The notes: generated from the sequence alone by a model not told the origin. A DNA stretch of 20,000 nucleotides from an uncultured virus (IMG/VR IMGVR_UViG_3300021440_000019) (IMGVR_UViG_3300021440_000019), one strand, 5' to 3'. Counted from the first letter of the stretch, positions 1 to 7,823 are shown. Program-made: numbers and translations.

Positions 1-2
1 GG

Positions 3-104
3 GACCAACTGGAACGGCAATCGGTAGTGGCTGCATCCGGCGGGAACTACGGACAGAGCGTCACCATAGGCGTCTCCAACGTGTTTGCGCGTGTGCCCAA
101 GTAG
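3..104 (+). CDS. 3' end of an upstream gene (partial, product unknown)
   Basis: Frame 3 is open from the window edge (DQLERQSVVAASGGNYGQSVTIGVSNVFARVPK) to TAG at 102-104. It is too short to identify. Confidence 0.4.
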   Translation, partial: DQLERQSVVAASGGNYGQSVTIGVSNVFARVPK

Positions 105-116
105 GTGCGATTCTCA

Positions 117-126
117 CTAATTTCAT
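117..126 (+). promoter_or_regulatory. candidate phage late-promoter element (CTAATTTCAT)
   Basis: AT-rich island in GC-rich DNA, in the gap directly upstream of the head-gene cluster. Only one copy was seen in the window, so it is unverified. Confidence 0.3.
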
Positions 127-150
127 GGCACGTAACCTCGGCAAACGATC

Positions 151-528
151 ATGATCCGTATTGATCCTCTAGACCTCGTGGCCGTCACTGCTGGTGCCGG
201 CAGTACTCCTGTAACCGCGCGAATCGACCTCGACCGCGTGGATCGTTGCCCCGCAATCGGCTGCGGCAAGCCCATGTCCACGATTCTCGCTTCGGACATA
301 CCGTGCTTCATCTGCTGGGAGCACCGTGTAGTGCTGCCGCAGCCGGACCCGGAGCCGGCAACGGCGTCCACGGAACAGGCGTCGCCGGACACCGACGTGA
401 GTGCCGAGCCGCCGATGCCTGTGCCATCGGACTTCCGTGTCACCACGGAGGACCCTGTGGTCGAGGTTGAGAAACCAGGCGCCGGAATCGTCGTGACTTC
501 CGACCCGGAGACGGAGGCACCATGCTGA
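151..528 (+). CDS. small hypothetical protein with putative Zn ribbon and acidic/Pro-rich tail, possibly head-associated
   Basis: CPAIGC...CFICWEH motif. The stop overlaps the start of the portal-like gene. Confidence 0.65.
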   Translation: MIRIDPLDLVAVTAGAGSTPVTARIDLDRVDRCPAIGCGKPMSTILASDIPCFICWEHRVVLPQPDPEPATASTEQASPDTDVSAEPPMPVPSDFRVTTEDPVVEVEKPGAGIVVTSDPETEAPC

Positions 529-2273
529 AGCTCAAGCACGCGGTGCACACACGCGGTGGTGCCAAAGGGTTGCATCCCGTGCTCGGAGTAGCTCCGGGGA
601 ACCGTAGCGGCGCAGCCGCGTTTGCGTCCTCAGGTCCGAAACCGGTGGACCCCGGTGTCCGCGTGGAAGCTGACATCAACTCGTTCTCGGGGATGCAGAA
701 CACGCAGCAGTATTCCATGATCGGGAACTCCGGTCAGCAATACGACACGCTGATGGCGGGGATCCTCAGCGATGACGACCAAGCGAACCTCCGGTTCTAC
801 CGGGACATCTACCGGTATGACAACACTTCGGGTTCCGCAGTCGATCTGCTGTCGATGCTGCCCTTCAGCGACTACGAACTGGTCGGCACCACCAAGGAAC
901 GGAACCGCGTTTACGAATCGAGCACCGAACGTCTGAACCTGAAAACAGCGCTGGTGCCCATGTCAATCGAGTACCTGGTCACCGGGCGGTACGTTGGCAC
1001 GCTGCTGTACCGCAGCAGCACGCGCATGTTCACGGAAATGATGCCGCACCGTGCTGAGGACACCAAGGTCACGCCGAGCCCGTTCTTCGGTGTCGAGCCC
1101 AGTATCGAGGTCAAGCAGAGCGACGTAGTGCAGAAGTTCCTGGAGTCGGAAGACCCGAGGTTCAAACGCATGGCTCAGGCACTGCACCCGAAGTTCCGCG
1201 AAGCCATCAAGGCGCCGTCGATGCTGCTGGACGCGAGCACCACGCTGTACGTGCCGCGAATGGCAGAGGCCACGAACCTATGCGGCATGTCGCTGTACAA
1301 GCGTGTGCTCCCCATCTGGCTGATCGAGAAAGCGCTGTACCGTGGCACGCTCGTCGAGGCGCAACGGAGACAGCGGTCGCTGTTGCACCTGGGTGTCGGC
1401 GACGAAGAATGGGAACCCACGAGCGAAGAACTTCAGGCCATCGTCGCGCTGTTCCAGCAGGCGGACCTGGACCCGTTGGGTGCCATCATCGCCACGCGCG
1501 CAGGTGTCGTCCCGGAAGAACTGCGGCAGGGCGGTGACTTCTGGAAGTACACGGACATGACAGACCTGCTGTCGCCGATGAAGCTCCGGGCGCTCACGAT
1601 TTCCGAGACGTTCCTCAACGGCGAAGCGAACTACAGCAGCATGGAAGTGTCGCTGTCGGTGTTCCTCGACATGCTGAACAACCACCGGAACATGTTCACC
1701 CAGGAGGTCTTCTACAACAAGACGTTCCCGATCGTGGCTGTGACCAACGGGTTCTTCAAGCCCAACGTCAAGACCAAGGAAGTGGCGGACGCGCAGGACC
1801 AGATGCGCATGCAGTACCACATATCCGATGTGTCCAAGCTGGACATTCCCGAGGTACAGTGGAAGAAGCCGCTGAAGCCGACGGCGAACAAGGACTACAT
1901 GGACGTGCTGACCACGCTGGAAGAGAAGGGGTTGCCCATCGGACTGCGCATGTGGGCGGCAGCCGGTGGCGTGGACGCTGATTCCGTGGTCAAGCAAGCG
2001 GAAGAGGAAGTGGAACTGCGCAAGCGTGCCACCGCGATGCGCAAGGGCACGGAGCCAGAAGACGAAGGTCACGCTGCGTTCGCATCGGCGGGCCGGATCG
2101 TCGTCCGCGACAAGTACCCGGAGTACGTGTCGGAAATACGGGGCTCCACGAAGACCGGCGCACCGAAGTACGTGCCGAACCAACGGGCTGCCGCGCAGCG
2201 CATGCACCTCATGGCAGCCACCGCGCTGAAGCGGCTGGCAACGACCTGGACACCGAAAGGAGCACGCAAGTGA
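522..2273 (+). CDS. portal protein (putative)
   Basis: 583 aa with RBS GGAGG. The N-terminal 'FYRDIYRYDNTSGSAVDLLSMLPFSDY' helix pattern and the C-terminal 'ISETFLNGEANYSSMEVSL...PEVQWKKPL' are typical of portals. It lies upstream of a prohead protease. Confidence 0.75.
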   Translation: MLKLKHAVHTRGGAKGLHPVLGVAPGNRSGAAAFASSGPKPVDPGVRVEADINSFSGMQNTQQYSMIGNSGQQYDTLMAGILSDDDQANLRFYRDIYRYDNTSGSAVDLLSMLPFSDYELVGTTKERNRVYESSTERLNLKTALVPMSIEYLVTGRYVGTLLYRSSTRMFTEMMPHRAEDTKVTPSPFFGVEPSIEVKQSDVVQKFLESEDPRFKRMAQALHPKFREAIKAPSMLLDASTTLYVPRMAEATNLCGMSLYKRVLPIWLIEKALYRGTLVEAQRRQRSLLHLGVGDEEWEPTSEELQAIVALFQQADLDPLGAIIATRAGVVPEELRQGGDFWKYTDMTDLLSPMKLRALTISETFLNGEANYSSMEVSLSVFLDMLNNHRNMFTQEVFYNKTFPIVAVTNGFFKPNVKTKEVADAQDQMRMQYHISDVSKLDIPEVQWKKPLKPTANKDYMDVLTTLEEKGLPIGLRMWAAAGGVDADSVVKQAEEEVELRKRATAMRKGTEPEDEGHAAFASAGRIVVRDKYPEYVSEIRGSTKTGAPKYVPNQRAAAQRMHLMAATALKRLATTWTPKGARK

Positions 2274-2767
2274 ACGTGTTCATCACCGGGACGCTCGTGC
2301 TCGGTTCAAAGCTGTACTCGCAGTGCCTGCGTGACCTTCTTCGGTTGTCGCTGGCATGCAAGCGCAAGTGCCTGGCGTTGACGGTTACCGTTGACGACAG
2401 CCAAGCGGGGCTGCTAGCACGCAAGCTCGTTTCGGCCATCGCAGTGACACCCGTGGTGCGTGACCGGTTCCTGGCGGTGCCGCAAGCGGACACGATCCTC
2501 GTGTACGAAGAAGAGCCGGACAAGGACTACGCATTCGAGGAACTCGTGTACGACAGCCACAAGGAAGGTGCTGACGTGTACGTGCGCAAGCCACCGGAAC
2601 CGGAAACAGCGAGGCCGGTGGCGCCAGCCGAGGAGCCGTACAACGACTTCCGTCGCGCGTTCGAGTTGATCGAACGGAGAATTCGCCCAATACCCACAAG
2701 AGGTCCGCAGGTCTGGCGCGAGGTCGAAATCCGACCGAACGGCGGGCGCCCTTGGTTCTATCTGTGA
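2270..2767 (+). CDS. hypothetical protein, possibly a degenerate SLOG/YspA-like Rossmannoid fold
   Basis: GTGA overlap with the portal stop and RBS AAGGAG. The patterns 'NVFITG' and 'RDRFLAVPQADTILVY...HKEGADVYV' resemble SLOG proteins. Confidence 0.55.
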   Translation: MNVFITGTLVLGSKLYSQCLRDLLRLSLACKRKCLALTVTVDDSQAGLLARKLVSAIAVTPVVRDRFLAVPQADTILVYEEEPDKDYAFEELVYDSHKEGADVYVRKPPEPETARPVAPAEEPYNDFRRAFELIERRIRPIPTRGPQVWREVEIRPNGGRPWFYL

Positions 2768-2774
2768 GCAACGT

Positions 2775-3542
2775 ATGAGACGCATGGATTCCCACTTCGG
2801 CTACGCAGAGTACGCGGATGCCATGAGCCCTGGTGTGCTCGACCTGCACGCAGCAGCGAGAAACAAGTCGCTGATCCTCAGTTCCGAGGGCATCGACGTT
2901 CGTGACTCGTCGGCGGTGAATCTGCTCGGAGCGCAGACCCTGGACTTCCAGATGTGGCTGCCTGCCGCCGCAGTCGAGTACCGCATCAGTCCGAACGTGC
3001 AGGACTACGTGCTGACGCCGGTGCTGACCATCCCCACGGAGCTACCGAACCGGAACTGCGTGGGCTTCCCTCGGCGTGAACTCGTGAAGTTCAACATCGA
3101 GGCCGGCCGTCTCGCGTACAAGACGTTCATCGGCAAGCCCGTGCACGTGGAGCACGACAACGAAGACCCCACGAAGGCAATCGGCGTCATCGTCGATTCT
3201 GTGCTGCGGCCGACTCGTGGCTACGGCGCAGGGCGCATGCACCGGCTGTTCAAGCTGCTGGCAGTGGACCGCACGAAGAACCCGATGATGGCGCAGAAGA
3301 TCATCGACCGGGAAGTCAACACCTACAGCATGGGTGCCTGGGTCAAGAGCTTCGAGTGCAGTTACTGCGGCGCACCGATGGGACGGTGCAGTCACCTGCA
3401 TCCGAATCGGCCGCGAGATTTCTACGAACTGATGGGTCGCCTGGTGTACCGCTGGTGCATCGGTGTCAACGGATTCGAGACTTCAGTGGTGTTCGATCCC
3501 GCGTACTCCGTCGCGGCTTCAGACATCCTGTTCGGCTTGTAA
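2775..3542 (+). CDS. prohead (capsid maturation) serine protease, HK97/herpes-type fold, with Cys/His Zn motif
   Basis: GKPVHVEH (candidate catalytic His), YSMG (candidate catalytic Ser), terminal FETSVVFDPAY (ExSxVxxPA motif) and an inserted CSYC...CSH. It lies downstream of the portal. Confidence 0.8.
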   Translation: MRRMDSHFGYAEYADAMSPGVLDLHAAARNKSLILSSEGIDVRDSSAVNLLGAQTLDFQMWLPAAAVEYRISPNVQDYVLTPVLTIPTELPNRNCVGFPRRELVKFNIEAGRLAYKTFIGKPVHVEHDNEDPTKAIGVIVDSVLRPTRGYGAGRMHRLFKLLAVDRTKNPMMAQKIIDREVNTYSMGAWVKSFECSYCGAPMGRCSHLHPNRPRDFYELMGRLVYRWCIGVNGFETSVVFDPAYSVAASDILFGL

Positions 3543-3569
3543 CTCCCGTCATCGTCAACCCTCCGAGGT

Positions 3570-4430
3570 ATGTACATGCACATGCACCTTCGCGCGATTG
3601 ACTACTTGGTGTTGCTGGTGTTGATCTTCTTGATCTTCCTGGCGTACCGCTTCTTCATACGCATCGACGTACCAACCTCGCCTCCGCTGCCGCCACCGGG
3701 ACCGCCACCGCCACCCGGCAAACCAGTGGCTGTGCGCTTCCGCTTTTTCATCAACGGGAAACCCCAACCTCAAGGACCCAACATGACAACCGAAATCCGT
3801 GTCGATCAAGAGAGCAACGCCGTTGCCGAGTTCGTGGACAAGTTCAAGAACGTGGTCAAGCCGGAAGGCCCATCCACCTGGGTGTCGTCCGACACGAGCA
3901 TCGCCGATCTGGAACCCGGTGCCGATGGCACGACCGCCAAGCTGCTGCCCACCGGCGTCGCCGGCCCCGTGACCATCACGATCACCAACGGCGAACTGAC
4001 GGCCACGGCCGACGCCGTGTTCGTCGGCGGTGCACCGAAGGCCGCAGAACTCAAGCTGCTGGTCGGCGGCGTCGAAGTGCCGCTGGGCGCCGACGGCAAG
4101 CTGCCGCCGGTGAAGGTCGATGCCGAGCCGTCGATCGTCGCCTCGTTCGCCGACGAGTTCGGCAACCCCGTGACACCGACGGACATCCCGACCTGGGCCA
4201 CCTCGGACTCGTCCATCGCCGACATCGAAGTGTCCGACGACGGCAAGACCATCAAGCTGGTGCCCACCGGCGTCGCCGGCCCCGTCACGTTCTCCGTGGA
4301 CCTGAACGGCGTGACCACGAGCATCACCATGGACTTCGTGGGCGGCGCGCCGGTTGCCGTGACGCTGAAGATCGTGGTCGCGGAAACCCCGGCGCCTGCA
4401 CCGGCTCCGGCTCCGGCGGCTCCGGTCTGA
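3570..4430 (+). CDS. Ig-like (Big_2-type) tandem-domain protein with N-terminal transmembrane helix; possible internal start at 3783
   Basis: Two ~105-aa repeats (TWVSSDTSIADL...PTGVAGPVT and TWATSDSSIADI...PTGVAGPVT), hydrophobic LVLLVLIFLIFLAY, a poly-Pro linker and a PAPAPA tail. RBS-like sites precede both 3570 (GAGG) and 3783 (AAGGA). Confidence 0.8.
   Translation: MYMHMHLRAIDYLVLLVLIFLIFLAYRFFIRIDVPTSPPLPPPGPPPPPGKPVAVRFRFFINGKPQPQGPNMTTEIRVDQESNAVAEFVDKFKNVVKPEGPSTWVSSDTSIADLEPGADGTTAKLLPTGVAGPVTITITNGELTATADAVFVGGAPKAAELKLLVGGVEVPLGADGKLPPVKVDAEPSIVASFADEFGNPVTPTDIPTWATSDSSIADIEVSDDGKTIKLVPTGVAGPVTFSVDLNGVTTSITMDFVGGAPVAVTLKIVVAETPAPAPAPAPAAPV
3946..4285 (+). repeat. 25-bp exact direct repeat marking the Ig-domain duplication
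   Basis: TGCCCACCGGCGTCGCCGGCCCCGT at 3946-3970 and 4261-4285, a 315-nt (105-codon) period. Confidence 0.85.
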
Positions 4431-4461
4431 CCTTGACCCGCGTCGTCTAGCGTTGTGCCAC

Positions 4462-4502
4462 TGCGGGGCTCCCGGTTCTTTACGGAGCCCCGCACCTGTT
4501 TT
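4462..4502 (+). terminator. probable rho-independent terminator
   Basis: 11-bp stem TGCGGGGCTCC / GGAGCCCCGCA followed by CCTGTTTT, just after the Ig gene. Confidence 0.65.
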
Positions 4503-4513
4503 CGGAGGGCGTC

Positions 4514-4945
4514 ATGCGCATACTCAGAAGCAAAGACCTGCAACCCGGTGACTTATACGCCTACCGAGGTTCCGTGTACGTGGTCACCGCTGTGAACCCC
4601 GAAGCTCGCACGTTCTCCTACGTGGACCGCTGGTCGAGAACGCTGACGAAGGGCCTTGATGTTGCATCGCTAGTCGATGCTGAAACTCCGAGGATCTTCG
4701 CCGCCGTTGGCGAACGGATTCCATTCGTGGTCGAGTTCAGATGGGGATCAGGTTTCCGTAGCGAACGCACCCAGGCTCACAGCCGTGCGAAAGCGAGAAA
4801 CAACATTCTGTTCCGCGTGGGCAACACGCTGCTGAACATCGACAAGGCTTACCACGCGCGTCTGGTAAATGAAGCTAAGCGCGCCATCGCGGATGCCGCA
4901 GGCGTTAGCGAGTACGATCCATCGCTGTTAACCGTCAAGGTCTGA
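4514..4945 (+). CDS. hypothetical protein
   Basis: 143-aa ORF with RBS GGAGG. The N-terminus 'DLQPGDLYAY' looks SH3-like. Confidence 0.7.
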   Translation: MRILRSKDLQPGDLYAYRGSVYVVTAVNPEARTFSYVDRWSRTLTKGLDVASLVDAETPRIFAAVGERIPFVVEFRWGSGFRSERTQAHSRAKARNNILFRVGNTLLNIDKAYHARLVNEAKRAIADAAGVSEYDPSLLTVKV

Positions 4946-4949
4946 AACC

Positions 4950-5360
4950 ATGTTGAACCGTCGTCTCTTTCTCCGAGGGGCTGCACTGGCACTAGCAGCC
5001 CCTGCCATCGTGCGCGCATCGTCGATCATGCGCGTGACACCGCTGTCGGTGCCCGAAGCTGTTGCTCCGGTGCCGGCTCCGTACACGAAGATCGCAGTGG
5101 ACCCACGAGGACGCGTCACCTCGATGTACACCGGGGAGGTCGGTGTCATAGAGAACTTCCGGGTCATCTGTGACCAAGCTGTGCCGGTGGTCCCGCGCCG
5201 TACCATCCTCGTCACCGGCCAACAGCGCGCGGCTGACAACGGCGTGTACTTCGTGTCCGTGGGACCCACGATGTTCCCCGAGCTTCGTCGCGTTTCCGAC
5301 CCGCGCAAGGTGCTGCGCGTACGTCCCAACCCCTTCAGCCCCGTAGGAGCCTTCGCATAG
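4950..5360 (+). CDS. Tat-signal protein carrying virion-protein-like motifs
   Basis: NRRLFL twin-arginine motif, h-region GAALALAAPAI and a VRA cleavage-like site. The cargo motifs are YTKIAVDPRGRVT, GEVGVIENFRVI and ILVTGQ..ADNGVY. Confidence 0.7.
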   Translation: MLNRRLFLRGAALALAAPAIVRASSIMRVTPLSVPEAVAPVPAPYTKIAVDPRGRVTSMYTGEVGVIENFRVICDQAVPVVPRRTILVTGQQRAADNGVYFVSVGPTMFPELRRVSDPRKVLRVRPNPFSPVGAFA

Positions 5361-5367
5361 GTGACAC

Positions 5368-5868
5368 ATGACGACACCCTCGTACAAGCGCATCCGCATC
5401 CGAGGCTGTTCGTACATCGTGTACAGTTCGGGCTTGATATGGTCGTGCGCATGGAACAAGTATCTGAGCGCACACCAAGACAAAGACGGGTACAGCATCG
5501 TCTGGATGGGAGGTAAGAAGCGTAAGGTGCATCGAGTTGTGTGCCGAGCCTTTCACGGTACGCCGCCAGAAGGGTACGTAGCCCGCCACAAGAATGGAGA
5601 CACCTCGAACAACAGAGCCTCCAACCTTCAATGGGGTACGACATCGGACAACGAACGTGACAAGTGGAGGCATGGCACGCACAACAAGGGCTCCCGTCAT
5701 GGTAGAAGTCACCTGACGGAAGACATCGTGCTGCGGCTCCGGGCTCTGGTAAAGAAACAACCACCCGGTACCAAGACGGCATTTCTGAAGAGGCAAAGTC
5801 AGAAGTACGGAGCTTCGTGGCAAGCAATAGGACACGCCTGCGCTGGCAGAACGTGGACGCACATCTGA
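5368..5868 (+). CDS. HNH homing endonuclease (HNH_3 type, free-standing)
   Basis: KVHRVVCRAFHG...RHKNGDTSNNRASNLQWGTTSDN, plus a C-terminal helix-turn-helix-like DNA-binding tail. Confidence 0.9.
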   Translation: MTTPSYKRIRIRGCSYIVYSSGLIWSCAWNKYLSAHQDKDGYSIVWMGGKKRKVHRVVCRAFHGTPPEGYVARHKNGDTSNNRASNLQWGTTSDNERDKWRHGTHNKGSRHGRSHLTEDIVLRLRALVKKQPPGTKTAFLKRQSQKYGASWQAIGHACAGRTWTHI

Positions 5869-5877
5869 GAGGTTCAC

Positions 5878-6426
5878 ATGATCTTCAAGTTCACCCGCCG
5901 GTACTGCATGGCTCACCGGTTGATTCAAGGAGGGGCGTCTTCCAAATGCGGGATCGTTCATGGACACAACGAACTGGTCATCGTGGAGTGCCGGCCGACG
6001 GCAGAGTTCAAGCCGGGGCCGAACATGAGCATGGACTTCGGGGATGCCAAGTCCGTGTGGCACGACTGGATCGACAACGCGGTGGACCACAGCTTCCAAC
6101 TCGGGGACGAAGACCCGTTGCTGCCGTGGTTCATCGAGAATGAGCCCCACCGGCTGCCGAGAATCATGGTCACTCCGGGCGATCCGACGACGGAAATGCT
6201 GCTGCTGGTGTTCGCACGGAAGTTCCGCGCGTTGTGCGGTTCCGCCCTGGAACTGATCCGCATCACCGTCGAAGAAACCCCGACGAACTCCGTGACCCTG
6301 GACGTTGCCTTCGCATCGCACACACAGAGCTTCGACGACCAGTGGTTGTTGGCGCCCGCCAACGTGGACCACTGGTGGGATCGTCCGGACCTGAGCATCA
6401 ACGACACCCGCGCGGAAAAGCGCTAA
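5878..6426 (+). CDS. queD: 6-carboxy-5,6,7,8-tetrahydropterin synthase (QueD/PTPS family)
   Basis: AHRL...KCGIVHGHN (Zn-binding His residues and catalytic Cys), MDFG, DH, PTTE and EETPTN motifs. Confidence 0.9.
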   Translation: MIFKFTRRYCMAHRLIQGGASSKCGIVHGHNELVIVECRPTAEFKPGPNMSMDFGDAKSVWHDWIDNAVDHSFQLGDEDPLLPWFIENEPHRLPRIMVTPGDPTTEMLLLVFARKFRALCGSALELIRITVEETPTNSVTLDVAFASHTQSFDDQWLLAPANVDHWWDRPDLSINDTRAEKR

Positions 6427-6439
6427 CTGAGGAGCAACC

Positions 6440-7261
6440 GTGAACGCTGTTACCACCCCCGAGGTACCCCTGGTCCCCGTGAACGACTTCGCCGCGTACG
6501 TTCCGCTGGCTACGCGCACGAAGTCGCCAGGGATCATGCGACCCACGTTGACACCACTGGGAGAACCAGTGCTCGGCGACGATGGCAAGCCGAAGACGCA
6601 CTGCATTGCCGCAGGCCCCGTGATCGACTTCTGCCACTTCGTCATCGGCATGAAGTCCGAGTCCGGGGAGACCGTCGGCGATGTCAAGTCCGCGCTGTTC
6701 TACGGCAAGGAGTTCAACGTCGCCAACTTCTACGGGGAACTCGGTGACCTCTGGTGGTACACGGCTGTGGGCGTCTCCGCGTTCAACTCCGTGATGGACA
6801 AGCTGGGGTTCCCGCTGTACACCGTGAACGTGGACGAGTACGTCGGCCAAGCGCAGGGCTTCGCGCGCAAGCTCGTCACTGGTGCTGGTGACCAGCGTCT
6901 GTTCTCGGGACTCACGCTTGTGGACGAATGGGCCACGAAGCTCATGCACGTGGTGTGCGAAATCCGTGTGGAACTGCCGATCTGGCACCACACGGAGTGG
7001 GCGTTAGAACGAGAAGACGCTGCACGGCTGTCCATCCAGGTGCAGCAAACGGTGGCCGCCCTCGTCGGACTCAGCGCTGCGTTCTACGACATGGAGCGGC
7101 AACACGTTGTCCCGGGGCTGCAAGACACGTGGGCACGGAACATCCGCAAGCTGCGAATCCGCTACCCCGATGCGTTCTCCACGGTACTCGCCATCGAACG
7201 GGGTACGCAAGCTCAGGAGCTGGCAGCGCTCGGCGAGGGTACCGCAAGTGTGGAGCCGTGA
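6440..7261 (+). CDS. MazG-like nucleotide pyrophosphohydrolase (extended)
   Basis: IGMKSESGETVGDVKSALFYGK...GELGDLWWY and C-terminal NIRKLRIRYPDAF. GTG start with RBS GAGGAG. Confidence 0.8.
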   Translation: MNAVTTPEVPLVPVNDFAAYVPLATRTKSPGIMRPTLTPLGEPVLGDDGKPKTHCIAAGPVIDFCHFVIGMKSESGETVGDVKSALFYGKEFNVANFYGELGDLWWYTAVGVSAFNSVMDKLGFPLYTVNVDEYVGQAQGFARKLVTGAGDQRLFSGLTLVDEWATKLMHVVCEIRVELPIWHHTEWALEREDAARLSIQVQQTVAALVGLSAAFYDMERQHVVPGLQDTWARNIRKLRIRYPDAFSTVLAIERGTQAQELAALGEGTASVEP

Positions 7262-7499
7262 CCCAGCAATCCAGGAGCTATGCGTCTCACGGATTCTCGA
7301 AGTCTCGGGCACTCGTGACCCGCTAGCTCGCGCACGGCGAGCACTCCAGTACATCGAGCACCTGGCTGCGTACCCTGCGGAAGCAGGCGACAACCCTGTG
7401 AGGTACACGCCGGTCATGGCAGCGTATGCCTTAGCCGCTTATCGTGAATCACCACAGGAGCACGTACGTGAACGAACCGGAGAACCTGGATCGGGATGA
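7248..7499 (+). CDS. small hypothetical protein
   Basis: 3' part of track ORF 7107-7499. GTG at 7248 follows GAGG, and the ORF fills the gap between the MazG-like gene and the next gene. Confidence 0.45.
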   Translation: MWSRDPAIQELCVSRILEVSGTRDPLARARRALQYIEHLAAYPAEAGDNPVRYTPVMAAYALAAYRESPQEHVRERTGEPGSG

Positions 7500-7770
7500 A
7501 CTAGACCTCGGAGACAACCATGTCCTGGTGTTCGCCGGGTACAAAGGTGAACCACGAGTCGGAGCCAGCGTCGCGCATCTGAAGCCCGACGGCAGTCAGT
7601 GTGATGGCTGGATCGCGTTCTCCGACCGCGCATGGGCACGCGAGTTCTCCGGAGGCATCGCTACATGGGTCGTCGAGCAGGAGCAGCCGCTGACGCTGAG
7701 TCCAAGCATTCTCTGCCGCGTGTGCGGGGACCACGGGTTCGTACGCCAGGGTCGTTGGGTACGCGCGTAA
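7468..7770 (+). CDS. DUF6527-like small metal-binding protein
   Basis: C-terminal TLSPSILCRVCGDHGFVRQGRW plus an upstream H...C. GTG at 7468 follows AGGAG. Confidence 0.7.
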   Translation: MNEPENLDRDELDLGDNHVLVFAGYKGEPRVGASVAHLKPDGSQCDGWIAFSDRAWAREFSGGIATWVVEQEQPLTLSPSILCRVCGDHGFVRQGRWVRA

Positions 7771-7782
7771 CCACGTCAGGAC

Positions 7783-7823
7783 AAAAAAGGGGGGTGCCAC
7801 TGTCGCCGGTGGCACCCCCTTTC
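7783..7823. terminator. bidirectional rho-independent terminator
   Basis: AAAAAAGGGGGGTGCCAC-loop-GTGGCACCCCCTTT, lying between the convergent + and - gene blocks. Confidence 0.85.

Noticed and set aside
1278..2207. 309-aa ORF on the - strand
   Set aside because: Antisense shadow of the portal gene, as expected in high-GC DNA; no motifs.
4388..4425. CCGGCT-type short tandem repeat
   Set aside because: It simply encodes the PAPAPA tail of the Ig-like protein.
3806..4543. 245-aa ORF on the - strand with repeats
   Set aside because: Mirror of the Ig-like gene; its repeats come from the sense strand.
5368..5868. Group I intron around the HNH gene
   Set aside because: Flanking genes appear complete and the spacers are about 10 nt or less, leaving no room for a ribozyme core.
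5335..6687. 450-aa ORF on the - strand
   Set aside because: Antisense to the well-supported HNH, queD and MazG-like genes.
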